NCBI GenBank assembly: GCA_022822065.1
Contig: JAJECI010000008.1
Span: 117,254-181,253, forward strand
DNA: 64,000 bases
Source of the DNA: Candidatus Dadabacteria bacterium
Lineage (GTDB): Bacteria > Desulfobacterota_D > UBA1144 > Nemesobacterales > Nemesobacteraceae
Reading direction: 5' to 3'
The translations under genes were made by a program, and so were the position numbers. The notes beneath the pieces are model-generated. The model made no database searches. It worked only from the letters and a program-made list of their open reading frames with translations, and had not been told where the DNA came from. This document shows positions 18,173 through 27,700 of this stretch, piece after piece. Each line of letters begins with the position of its first letter. Within the stretch, counting starts at the first letter, position 1.

Positions 18173-18901
18173 ATGAAAGGCAAAATCAGAAAAGAGATTT
18201 GCGAGTTGAAGCAAACTTACAAATGCCTCACAGACATATCTCATCGAAAACAGGAAACAATAATAAAAGGCCCCCTTTCATTTGAAGCGTCTTTTGACGA
18301 GTTCCCGGTGATTGTTGAGTGCTTTGATATTGAACTAGCTATTCCTGACTCTTACCCAGAAGTCCTTCCAATTGTACGAGAAACAGGTGGAAGAATCGAC
18401 CAAGATTATGAACACCTGAATCAGGATGGAACCCTTTGTCTTACTACACCGATTGAGAAACGCCTGCTTTTTCTAGAGCAAAAATCTTTACTCGGATTCG
18501 TAAATCTTCTTGTTATCCCATATTTATATGGTTACTCCTACTGGAAAAAGTATGGTCATCACCCTTTTGGTGAGCGTGCACACGGAGTTGAGGGAATTAT
18601 TCAGTACTATCAGGATGAGTTAGGTTTAAGCGGTAATGTACATATACTAGCAATGCTCGCTTTTCTTTTCCAGTTCGGTTATCGTGGCCATCTTCTCTGT
18701 CCCTGCGGAAGCGGATTTAAAGTTCGGGAATGTCACAGCGAAACTTTATTAAAGCTTCATAAATATCACTCTAATCACACCTTAAGAAATGATTTCTTAT
18801 ATCTACTTTCTCTTTGCTTAGAAAAAAAAGAAGAGTTCTCTGAAGAGCTTTCAAAACAGATAGATCGAATACTAAAAAAAGAAAAATTAAGAAAAAAGTA
18901 A
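18173..18901 (+). CDS. Cap2-like E2 (UBC-fold) protein without E1 or JAB partner, with a C-terminal SEC-C-type zinc-binding motif
   Basis: IELAIPDSYPEVLPIVRE resembles the E2 block (FP.DYPFKPPKV.F). HLNQDGTLCLTTP resembles the HPN-x(n)-G-ICL active-site Cys region. LLCPCGSGFKVRECH is a SEC-C-like CPCGSG.K...CH metal knuckle. Confidence 0.65.
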   Translation: MKGKIRKEICELKQTYKCLTDISHRKQETIIKGPLSFEASFDEFPVIVECFDIELAIPDSYPEVLPIVRETGGRIDQDYEHLNQDGTLCLTTPIEKRLLFLEQKSLLGFVNLLVIPYLYGYSYWKKYGHHPFGERAHGVEGIIQYYQDELGLSGNVHILAMLAFLFQFGYRGHLLCPCGSGFKVRECHSETLLKLHKYHSNHTLRNDFLYLLSLCLEKKEEFSEELSKQIDRILKKEKLRKK

Positions 18902-19469
18902 AGACTAAGCTTTCACTGATGCGGAGGAAGTTTTTGGATTTTCCTCAAAAAATCCCACGGCAAGTAATTCATGACAAATCAGGAAAAAATTTAATCAGAG
19001 AATACAACGAATTTCAGCACTTTATCTTTCGAAGTAATAAGGACTTCGATAGATGCAGGTACGGGTGTAAAAGCAAAACATTCTAACGATCGTAGGTCTT
19101 TGACAGTTGCTTTTCAACATGGCAATTCTGAAGCCGAGAAAACTCTAAAAGCTTGTGGAGCAAAATTTTAAAAAGTAACCAAGAGAAAAGAACTTTTCCG
19201 AAGAAACCAAGTCTCACAGAACCGATTCCCACAACGATGGATCAAGTAGTTAAGTCGTTCCTCGCCAATAATCCCAAGCCTAAGAAACCTCCCGAGAAAA
19301 GTAAAAAGAAGCAAACACCCTCACACAGAGCATTATAACTTGGCTATCATTATATATAATCCCCTATATTTTTTGTAGTAATCGATACCGAAAACTGTAT
19401 TCTAATCTGTTCAGAAAAGGAGCAGTGTCTCAACACGCCTCCTGAAAATACGGAACCGAGAGTAATTCG

Positions 19470-20843
19470 ATGGCGGTTAATCTCAAAAAAACGGTAAAGA
19501 AGATAGACAGGGCTCTTAAGAAGGAGAACTGGGATGCAGTTAGAAGCATAACCCAGTCCATGCACCCCTCCGAAATAGCGTCCCTGATACAGGCTTCCCC
19601 GCAGGAAAAAAAACACCTGATACTCGAGGCTCTCGACGCGGAGGTAGCCTCCGAGGTTTATTTCCAGCTTAACACCGAAGAGCGCGTAAGCATACTGAAA
19701 CTCATGCGGGAGACCTCCCTCACCGCAATGGCCGAAGAGATGGAATCGGACGATGCCGCCGACTTCCTGGGAGAGCTGCCGGAAGATGTGGCGAAGAAGG
19801 TTCTCGAAGCCATGGATCCGGAAGAACGGGAGGAGGTAACGCCGCTTCTAGAGTATCCGCCCGATTCCGCGGGCGGAATCATGCAGACCGAGGTTCTGAA
19901 AGGTTCGCATGACGCTACTTCCAGGGAAACCGTCGAACTCATAAGACAAATCGAAGAGGAAGACGAAGACGACGTAGAGGACCTGCACATGGTCTACGTG
20001 GTGAACGAAACGGGAAGGCTCGTCGGAAGGGTGTTTCCGCTTAAGCTCTCAACGGCGGCGCCCGATTCTCCCCTCTGGACCATAATGGATCCGGTCGAGA
20101 TCATGGTCACTCCGGAAATGGATCAGGAAGAAGTGGCCAAGATCTTCAGAAAATACGATGAAGTCTCGCTTCCCGTGGTAGACGATTCCGGAGTTCTGCT
20201 CGGCAGGATAACGGCCGACGACATACTAGACGTCATATCCGAAGAAGCCGGGGAAGACATATACAAGCTCGGGGGAATAAGCGGTGAAGGACTCCACCCC
20301 ATACACACGTCCATATACGATAACGTGAGGCTGAGAGCTCCCTGGATAATGCTCGCTCTCATGGGAGAGCTCCTGGTGGCGTTTATAATAATGCAGAAGT
20401 TTCAGACCACGCTTGAGAATTTCATCATACTCGCGGCCCTGCTTCCCCTGGTCATGGCCACCGGCGGAAATGTCGGAGTTCAGACGAACACCATCACCGT
20501 CAGGGTACTGGCCACCGGCGATTTCGTAAAAAGCCAGATAAAAGGCCTTCTCCTGGCGGAACTCAAGGTGGGACTGGCCCTCGGGATCATAAGCGGCCTT
20601 CTGGGCTCCCTGATCGGACTTCTGCTGAATACCGCGGACACCGATTTCGTAAGGCTGTTTCTGGTAATATTCGCGGGGATTGTCGGGGCCACGCTTACAA
20701 CTTCGTTTCTTGGTGTTGCGGGCCCGCTGGTTCTTAACAGGCTAAAGATGGACCCGGCGGTATCTTCGGGACCGTTTCTCGTTACTTTTAACGATATCTT
20801 CGGTACTGCTTTCTATCTCTTTTTAGGCGCGGCACTGCTCTAG
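19470..20843 (+). CDS. mgtE: magnesium transporter MgtE
   Basis: N-terminal MgtE-N domain, tandem CBS domains, and C-terminal 5-TM domain with the GGNVGVQTNT motif. Size is 457 aa. Confidence 0.9.
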   Translation: MAVNLKKTVKKIDRALKKENWDAVRSITQSMHPSEIASLIQASPQEKKHLILEALDAEVASEVYFQLNTEERVSILKLMRETSLTAMAEEMESDDAADFLGELPEDVAKKVLEAMDPEEREEVTPLLEYPPDSAGGIMQTEVLKGSHDATSRETVELIRQIEEEDEDDVEDLHMVYVVNETGRLVGRVFPLKLSTAAPDSPLWTIMDPVEIMVTPEMDQEEVAKIFRKYDEVSLPVVDDSGVLLGRITADDILDVISEEAGEDIYKLGGISGEGLHPIHTSIYDNVRLRAPWIMLALMGELLVAFIIMQKFQTTLENFIILAALLPLVMATGGNVGVQTNTITVRVLATGDFVKSQIKGLLLAELKVGLALGIISGLLGSLIGLLLNTADTDFVRLFLVIFAGIVGATLTTSFLGVAGPLVLNRLKMDPAVSSGPFLVTFNDIFGTAFYLFLGAALL

Positions 20844-20873
20844 GAAAGGGGATTTCTGCACCGCGCGGAAATG

Positions 20874-20948
<75 letters not shown>

Positions 20949-20983
20949 CAAAAAAACCAAACACGCATCAAATCACGAAGAAA

Positions 20984-21059
20984 TGGTCGGGGTGAGAGGG
21001 CTCGAACCTCCGACCTCAGCATCCCAAATGCTGCGCGCTCCCAGCTGCGCCACACCCCG
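20984..21059 (-). tRNA. tRNA-Pro (anticodon TGG), CCA encoded
   Basis: Reverse-complement cloverleaf. Acceptor cggggtg/caccccg, anticodon stem cagca/tgctg with loop ttTGGga, T-arm ggagg-ttcgagc-cctct. 3' end is ACCA. Confidence 0.85.
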
Positions 21060-21125
21060 ATTTAAAAACGAGTAATTATAACGACAGGACCCGAAGAAAA
21101 CAAAACCGCAATTCTGATAAAAAAC

Positions 21126-22022
21126 TCAGGAAGCCGGAAGCCTGTACTTCTTCCAGTATCTTATAAGGCCGCCAGCGTTCATGTGGTAAGGGGCCATAAG
21201 ATCATACTTTTTATAGACCTCTTCGTTTACGCCCTCACGCTCGAATATCTCGCTGAAGTAGGCACCGAACTCCTCGGTTATCTCTTCGTCGCTCTTTCCG
21301 GCCGATACTCTCTCGCCGATCCACTCAGACCACTCTTCGAGTTCTTCGGCAGCGGAGTCAAGCATGGGACCCACATCCGTGTACCCGCCGAAATGGGTTA
21401 GATAAATTATGTCGGGGGATATCTCCCTCATCTTGTCAATGGAAGCGTTCCACTTCTCAAGGTGTATCTCGGGAGGAGGAGTCGCGGGAATCATGGGACC
21501 GCCCGCCATCACACACCCCGCCGTATCCCCGGTAAAAAGCGCATTCTCGATCAGGTAGCAGTGATGATGCCCGGCATGTCCGGCGGTCTCTACGACCCTT
21601 ATCTCAACGCCTCCTATGTTGATTCTCTGGCCGTCCTCAATGGCAACCACGCGGTCTTTATCTATTCCCCCGACCTCGCCCCAGAGGCGTTTCATGCTGT
21701 CCTCCCCGTATATCCTCGTCGCGGATTTCATAAGTTTTTCCGGCTCTATGAGGTGCGGAGCTCCCACCGGGTGAACGTATATCGTCGAACCCGTCTCGGC
21801 GAGACGCCAGGCGCCTCCGGAATGATCGAGGTGGATATGGGTTACGAACACATGTTTTACGTCAGAGAGGGCGTATCCCAGATCTGAAAGCCCGCTTTTG
21901 AGATTCTCGAACACGGTCTCGGGACCCGTCTCTATAAGTATCGGCCCCTCGCCGGTTTCGATAACGTAAGAGGCTATCGTTTCAGTCATAAAGAAATTAA
22001 GGTCAATGATCTTCAAGTCCAT
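21126..22022 (-). CDS. MBL-fold metallo-hydrolase
   Basis: Metallo-beta-lactamase motif VTHIHLDHSGG (HxHxDH), with downstream His and Asp ligands. Size is 298 aa. Confidence 0.8.
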   Translation of the reverse strand: MDLKIIDLNFFMTETIASYVIETGEGPILIETGPETVFENLKSGLSDLGYALSDVKHVFVTHIHLDHSGGAWRLAETGSTIYVHPVGAPHLIEPEKLMKSATRIYGEDSMKRLWGEVGGIDKDRVVAIEDGQRINIGGVEIRVVETAGHAGHHHCYLIENALFTGDTAGCVMAGGPMIPATPPPEIHLEKWNASIDKMREISPDIIYLTHFGGYTDVGPMLDSAAEELEEWSEWIGERVSAGKSDEEITEEFGAYFSEIFEREGVNEEVYKKYDLMAPYHMNAGGLIRYWKKYRLPAS

Positions 22023-22052
22023 TTGGTTTTGTCCTCCTGAATTGTTCCTTGT

Positions 22053-22532
22053 TTAGAATCCGAAACGTAAACCCGCGTGAAAAGTAGTATTGTCGACTGA
22101 TAGTGAGTCTATTAAGTCGCTGCTCCTGGCGATCCCCAGTTTCAGCCTTGCGCTCTCTCCCAGGTTAACAAAACCCGCCAGGGCCAACGCGGTATTGCCT
22201 ACGCAAGGGTCTCCGTCCTTCACCGGGTAAGAGGTCCCGTTTGTATAGTGACTGATGCCCATACCTAGTTTCACTCCCGCCACCTTGAAGCCCGCTCCCC
22301 CCGTAAACACGCTGATATTGTCAAGCTCCGAGTACTTTTCATCAAACGGGGTATGCGACGCCGTTACGTCAAACGTAACCTTCTGGTGAACGAGTTCCGG
22401 CACCGCGTGAATCGCGAGATTGTTGTTTTCAACAGTGCTGCAATCGTTCGCGGCCGCCAGCGTCGGCATAATAGCTATTAAGCCCGCTATCAGGACCAGA
22501 TTGATTTTATACATTTCACTACCTCCTTTCAA
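22053..22532 (-). CDS. small outer-membrane beta-barrel protein (OmpW/OmpX-like), signal peptide present
   Basis: N-terminal signal peptide (LVLIAGLIAIMPTLAAA), alternating amphipathic beta-strand pattern, and C-terminal ...GLRFGF ending in Phe, which is the OMP signature. Confidence 0.5.
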   Translation of the reverse strand: MKGGSEMYKINLVLIAGLIAIMPTLAAANDCSTVENNNLAIHAVPELVHQKVTFDVTASHTPFDEKYSELDNISVFTGGAGFKVAGVKLGMGISHYTNGTSYPVKDGDPCVGNTALALAGFVNLGESARLKLGIARSSDLIDSLSVDNTTFHAGLRFGF

Positions 22533-22614
22533 CTAGGACCAAACCTTTTGCGCCTCACGGCTAACTAAATCACGATAATTCTTCCTTTTCAGATGTTTTT
22601 GGCAATTATACCGA

Positions 22615-23706
22615 TCACGCGCCCGCTTTTACCCGGCCTGAGTCAACGAGAAACGAGTGGAATTCTCCCCGACGGGGTATCTCGTTCTTATCGGTCGAGG
22701 TGACGAATACCTGCCCGGTGAATTCCGAGAGAGTTTTGAAAAGAAAGCTCCTGCGTTTTATGTCGAGTTCGCTCGTTATGTCGTCGAGAAGAAGTATGGG
22801 GTTAGTCCCCGTGTGTTCCTTAAAAAGCCTTATCTCGGAGGCCTTAAGCGCCAGAACCAGGTTTTTCGACTGTCCCTGCGAGGCAAAGCGCGAAGCGTCC
22901 TGTCCGTTAAGCAGAAAACCGACCCTGTCCCTGTGGGGACCCACCGTCGTGTGGCCCCTTTTTCTGTCGGAAGGAAAGTTCTTGGAAAGCGCCTCCCTTA
23001 TCGCCTCCGCGAGATCCGCTCCTCGCTCAAAAGAAAACCCGTAGCTCACGCGCGCCGACGTGTCCGATTCTCCGTGCTCCCCGTAAACCTCGGCGAGCTT
23101 GCGGTTAAAGCTTTTTATCATCTCGATGCGCCTGTCCACGATGTCGGCCCCGATTCTGGCTATCTGCTCGTCCCAGAGTTCCACGGAAAGCAAAGACACC
23201 TTTTCCTTTAATCCCAGCATGTGGTTTCTCTGGCTAACGGCCCTCTGGTAGTCGCGAAGCTGCTTTATGTGGGCCGGGTGGATGGCGCTTACGACGGAAT
23301 CAAGGTAATTCCTCCTCGCCTGAAGACCTCCCTTCACTATCTCTATGTCCGAGGGAAGAAACAAAACGACCTTGAACCGGCCGAAGTGCTGGCTTATGCT
23401 CCGCACGGTCTTTGAGTTAAGCCGCGTGTGGCGGCCCTCTTTTTTTACGGTTATGTGCACTTCGTTAAGACCGTTTGCGGAAAGAATCTCCCCTTTAACA
23501 AGAGAGGCTTCGCAGCCGAAGCGCACGAGCTCGGAATTTTTCGCGCCCGAAAAAGGCCGCATCCCGCAGACAAGATAGACGGCCTCGAGAAGGTTGGTCT
23601 TCCCCTGGGCGTTTCGTCCGTGGATAACGTTCAGTCCCGTATAGAACGGAAGGGAGAGGCTCTCGTAATTTCTGTAGTTCCTAAGGCTCAGATGTTTAAG
23701 CTGCAC
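22615..23706 (-). CDS. recF: DNA replication and repair protein RecF
   Basis: N-terminus MQLKHLSLRNYRNYESLSL..GLNVIHGRNAQGKTNLLEAV (Walker A), SMC-like ABC ATPase with Walker B LLLDDITSELD. Size is 363 aa. Confidence 0.9.
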   Translation of the reverse strand: MQLKHLSLRNYRNYESLSLPFYTGLNVIHGRNAQGKTNLLEAVYLVCGMRPFSGAKNSELVRFGCEASLVKGEILSANGLNEVHITVKKEGRHTRLNSKTVRSISQHFGRFKVVLFLPSDIEIVKGGLQARRNYLDSVVSAIHPAHIKQLRDYQRAVSQRNHMLGLKEKVSLLSVELWDEQIARIGADIVDRRIEMIKSFNRKLAEVYGEHGESDTSARVSYGFSFERGADLAEAIREALSKNFPSDRKRGHTTVGPHRDRVGFLLNGQDASRFASQGQSKNLVLALKASEIRLFKEHTGTNPILLLDDITSELDIKRRSFLFKTLSEFTGQVFVTSTDKNEIPRRGEFHSFLVDSGRVKAGA

Positions 23707-23818
23707 TTGACTTGCCGACCGTTTTTCCGCGGGAGAAAACCGCTTTCCCCCTTCCCGCGGGGGCTTTCTTGACCATAAAATTTTAAGCGTTAATATCTTT
23801 TTTGAAAGGTACGGACTA

Positions 23819-25918
23819 ATGATATCGCTTAAAATATCGGAAATCCACTCGAGGGACTCGGGAAAGGGTTACGCCAGGATAAGCCCCATGGACATGCAGG
23901 AACTGGGCCTTACGTCCTGGGACCTGGTACAGATAGACGGAAGAAGGAAAACCGTCGTGAGAGCCCTGCCGCTTGACGCCGAAGAACAGGAAACGGAGTC
24001 CGTAATAGAAATAGACATGGTAACCAGAGAGAACGCGGGGGTTGAGCTTGACGACATAGTAATAGTGACGAAAGCCGACCTTGAGAAGGCGAGCAGGATA
24101 ACCCTGTGCCCGAGGAACAAGGCGTTTCTCTACGACCCGGCCAAAAGCAAACGCCTCTGCAACAGACTCGAAGGGCTTGCGGTAACGGTCGGAGACAGGG
24201 TGTCTGTGAGAGTGTCGGCCGCCAAGACCGAAGATTTCGACGTGCTTACCACGATGCCCGAGCACTCGGTTGTCATAAGCCAGAAAACCCGCATGGACGT
24301 GATACAGAGACCGAGAACCAAGGTGGACGCGGAAAGGGTTTCGTATACGGACATAGGGGGACTTTCAAGCCAGATAAAAAGAATAAAGGAGATTCTCGAA
24401 CTTCCGATACGCTTCCCCTCGCTTTTTGAAAAACTCGGGGTTCAGCCGCCCAGGGGAATCCTTCTTACGGGCCCCACGGGAAGCGGAAAAACCCTGCTTG
24501 CGAAAGCCATAGCGTTTGAGACGGATTCAAATTTCCAGGTAATAAACGGTCCCGAGGTAATTCACAGGTTCTACGGAGAGAGCGAAGCCAATCTGCGCCA
24601 GATATTCGAGAATGCGACCAAGAACCAGCCGTCAATAATATTCCTCGACGAGCTCGACGCGATAGCTCCCCGCCGGGACAAGGTCACGGGAGACGTTGAA
24701 AAAAGGGTGGTGGCCCAGCTTCTATCGCTCATGGACGGACTCACGCACAGAGGAAACGTTACTGTTATCGGAGCGACCAACCTTCCGGACATGATCGACC
24801 CGGCGCTTCGCCGCCCGGGCAGGTTTGACAGGGAAATCCACCTTCCGGTTCCCGATACCAAGGCCCGCCTGGAGATATTCCAGGTTCACTCAAGAAGCAT
24901 GCCGCTTTCAAACGACGTGGATCTTCAGAGGCTCTCCGAGCTCTCAATCGGCTACGTGGGAGCAGACATAGAAAATCTCTGCAGGGAGGCGGCCATAAAT
25001 TCTCTTACCGACATTCTGCCGGACATGGAACAGGACTTCGTCTCCAATGTCGCGGGGAGCTTTCTTGTCGAAGTCGGAATGGAAGACTTCCTTGAGGCGC
25101 TTCGAAATATCCATCCCTCCGCAATAAGGGAGATAGTGGCCGAGATACCGAAAACCTCTTGGGATGACGTCGGAGGTCTTGAGAACGTAAAAGACGACCT
25201 TATTGAATCCGTCATATGGCCCATGAAGCACAGAAACTTCTACGAGGCCCTGGACGTAGAATCGCCCAAGGGAATACTGCTTCACGGCCCTCCGGGAACG
25301 GGGAAGACCCTTCTCGCGAAAGCTCTTGCCAACAGAACCGAAGTCAACTTCATCTCCATAAAGGGGGCGGAGCTTCTCTCCAAGTATGTCGGCGAGTCGG
25401 AGCGCGCCGTAAGGGAAGTTTTCAAAAAGGCGAAGCAGGTTTCTCCCTGCATAGTGTTTTTCGACGAGCTTGACGCCCTTTGCCCGAGACGCTCCGAATC
25501 CAACTCGACCCGCGTTAGTGAAAGGGTGGTAAGCCAGCTGCTTGCCGAGATTGACGGGGTTGAGGAACTCCCGGATGTCCTGGTGCTTGCCGCGACAAAC
25601 AGGATTGACATGATAGAACCGGCGCTTCTGAGACCGGGAAGATTCGATCTGGTGGTCGAGATTCCGACTCCGTCAAAACAGGAAATTCTCGAGATCCTGA
25701 AGATCCACACCCGGAAAAAGCCTCTCGGAACGGACGTGAAACTCACCACGCTCGCGGAACAGCTTGAGGGCAGGACCGGAGCGGACGTAAAGCTCGTATG
25801 CAACAGGGCTTCTCTTCACGCGATAAAGGAACATCTGGGGAAAAACAAGAAAATCATCAAGATCTGCAGAAGACATTTTGACCTGGCGCTTTCGGAACTG
25901 CAGAAAAGAAACGCCTAA
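23819..25918 (+). CDS. CDC48/VCP-like double-AAA+ ATPase
   Basis: N-terminal CDC48-N-like domain followed by two AAA modules. D1: [13 protein letters not shown]...IIFLDELD. D2: [13 protein letters not shown]...IVFFDELD. Both have the second region of homology. Size is 699 aa. Confidence 0.85.
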   Translation: MISLKISEIHSRDSGKGYARISPMDMQELGLTSWDLVQIDGRRKTVVRALPLDAEEQETESVIEIDMVTRENAGVELDDIVIVTKADLEKASRITLCPRNKAFLYDPAKSKRLCNRLEGLAVTVGDRVSVRVSAAKTEDFDVLTTMPEHSVVISQKTRMDVIQRPRTKVDAERVSYTDIGGLSSQIKRIKEILELPIRFPSLFEKLGVQPPRGILLTGPTGSGKTLLAKAIAFETDSNFQVINGPEVIHRFYGESEANLRQIFENATKNQPSIIFLDELDAIAPRRDKVTGDVEKRVVAQLLSLMDGLTHRGNVTVIGATNLPDMIDPALRRPGRFDREIHLPVPDTKARLEIFQVHSRSMPLSNDVDLQRLSELSIGYVGADIENLCREAAINSLTDILPDMEQDFVSNVAGSFLVEVGMEDFLEALRNIHPSAIREIVAEIPKTSWDDVGGLENVKDDLIESVIWPMKHRNFYEALDVESPKGILLHGPPGTGKTLLAKALANRTEVNFISIKGAELLSKYVGESERAVREVFKKAKQVSPCIVFFDELDALCPRRSESNSTRVSERVVSQLLAEIDGVEELPDVLVLAATNRIDMIEPALLRPGRFDLVVEIPTPSKQEILEILKIHTRKKPLGTDVKLTTLAEQLEGRTGADVKLVCNRASLHAIKEHLGKNKKIIKICRRHFDLALSELQKRNA

Positions 25919-25947
25919 CGAAAGCCACAACTGGGACAGGAGTCGCC

Positions 25948-26814
25948 TTGGAAAGTTCTTCTTTCTTTTTTCACAGCATCGTTCCCGAAATATGGTTTTT
26001 CATTCTGGGAGCAGCACTTGGAAGCTTTGCAAACGTCTGCATAAGGAGAATTCCAGCCGGTGTATCCATAATCTCGCCCCGTTCCCGCTGCACAAGCTGC
26101 GAAACCCCCATAAGGGCTCTTCACAACATTCCGATTCTGAGCTGGCTATTGCTCGGAGGCAGGTGTGCCTACTGCGAAGAGCGGATATCAGCTGAGTACC
26201 CGCTCACAGAACTTCTCTGCGCGGTGCTGGCGGTTTTTCTCTACAGGGAATTCGGAGTGTCCCTTGAACTGCTTTTCTACCTGGCGCTATGCACTGGGCT
26301 CGTGGCCATAACACTGATAGACATAAGACACCTCATTATTCCCGACATGATAACCCTTCCCGGAATAGCGGCCGGGGTCGCACTAAACGCGATCAGAACC
26401 GACTGGGCAGCCACGGCCGAGGCAGTTTTCTCCTCCGGCCTCGCGGACTTTCTGCCCGCAACGGCCAGTATCGCCATTTTTAATTCGATAGGAGGGGCGC
26501 TGCTCGGAGGAGGGGCTTTTTTACTGATCGCCATGGCATACAGGAATTTGAGAAAAAGAGAAGGAATGGGAATGGGCGACGTAAAGCTCGTGGCGATGCT
26601 GGGAGCTTTTTTCGGAATGTGGGGGGTGCTGGTCGTAATATTTCTGAGTTCCATCCTGGGAACTCTGATCGGACTCTCGGTTATAATACTGCGCAGGAAA
26701 GATCCGGGACATGCGATAGCCTACGGTCCCTTTCTTTCGCTTGCGGCCATTCTGTACCTGCTCGGAGACGATCTTTTCCTCCTTGCCGGAATAAATATCG
26801 GGTCGCCTGGATAG
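25948..26814 (+). CDS. type IV prepilin peptidase (A24 family, PilD/TadV-like)
   Basis: Zinc-binding CTSCETP...CAYCEE tetra-Cys, multi-TM core, and the active-site Asp motif in GMGMGDVKL. Confidence 0.8.
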   Translation: MESSSFFFHSIVPEIWFFILGAALGSFANVCIRRIPAGVSIISPRSRCTSCETPIRALHNIPILSWLLLGGRCAYCEERISAEYPLTELLCAVLAVFLYREFGVSLELLFYLALCTGLVAITLIDIRHLIIPDMITLPGIAAGVALNAIRTDWAATAEAVFSSGLADFLPATASIAIFNSIGGALLGGGAFLLIAMAYRNLRKREGMGMGDVKLVAMLGAFFGMWGVLVVIFLSSILGTLIGLSVIILRRKDPGHAIAYGPFLSLAAILYLLGDDLFLLAGINIGSPG

Positions 26815-26818
26815 GGAC

Positions 26819-27634
26819 ATGAAAAGAATAATAAAAAATCTCTTTCTTCTGGTCGTCATAGTTATCGCAGCCAAGTTTCTGCTCACGGTCTTCGGAAAGG
26901 ACCTCTCGACCGCACACTCTGAGAAAGTGATTCTCGGGGACTGGACGCAGCAGGAGATAGAAACCCTCATGGAACAGGCCGCTTCAAAAGACGGTCCCGC
27001 CGCGAAAATAGAATTTCTCTCGGAAAGCTTTCTTGAGACTCCCTACGCGGGAAACACCCTTGGGGGAGCAAGCGGCGAGACGGAGCAGCTCACAGTGGAC
27101 CTCTCGGGGGTTGACTGCTTTACCTATATCGACTACGTCGAGTCGCTCAGGCTTTCTGGAAGCTTCGGGGAATTCAAGGAAAAGCTTGCGAAAACAAGAT
27201 ATAAAGACGGCGCCGTGCGGTGGGAAAACAGGAGACATTTTTTCTCCGACTGGGTAAGCGGAGACGATAAGAACGCCCGTGATGTGACCCGGGAAGTCGG
27301 GGGCGACGCCACGGCAACGGTGACCAAGGAGCTTAACAAAAAAGCAGACGGCTCTTCGTGGCTTCCGGGACTTGCGACGGTAAAAAGGGACGTAAGCCAT
27401 GTTCCCTCTGAGAAATTAAGCCCTACTGTCCTCCAGGAGATAAAAACGGGGGATTACATCGGGATCTACTCCGATAGAGATGGCCTTGACGTCTCTCACA
27501 CGGGAATCGCCGTCAGAAAGGACGGCGTGGTTTACCTGCGTCACGCCTCCACGGTACACGCAAAAGTACTGGACGAGGAGCTTGCCGCCTACATGAAAAA
27601 CAAGCCCGGGCTTCTTGTATACAGGGTAAAATAA
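26819..27634 (+). CDS. membrane-anchored DUF1460-like protein (putative amidase or transglutaminase-like hydrolase)
   Basis: N-terminal TM anchor, conserved Cys in GVDCFTYIDYVE, His near the C-terminus. Assignment is by recollection of the DUF1460 pattern only. Confidence 0.35.
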   Translation: MKRIIKNLFLLVVIVIAAKFLLTVFGKDLSTAHSEKVILGDWTQQEIETLMEQAASKDGPAAKIEFLSESFLETPYAGNTLGGASGETEQLTVDLSGVDCFTYIDYVESLRLSGSFGEFKEKLAKTRYKDGAVRWENRRHFFSDWVSGDDKNARDVTREVGGDATATVTKELNKKADGSSWLPGLATVKRDVSHVPSEKLSPTVLQEIKTGDYIGIYSDRDGLDVSHTGIAVRKDGVVYLRHASTVHAKVLDEELAAYMKNKPGLLVYRVK

Positions 27635-27700
27635 TCAATTATGTGTTAGAATCAGAACTGTTCCCGGGCGGGGCACGATCGCAACCAAGGAGGCGGGTTA

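Noticed and set aside
19153-19338. 61-aa lysine-rich ORF inside the AT-rich spacer
   Set aside because: Low-complexity AT-rich translation with no start-site support. It is probably non-coding island remnant sequence.
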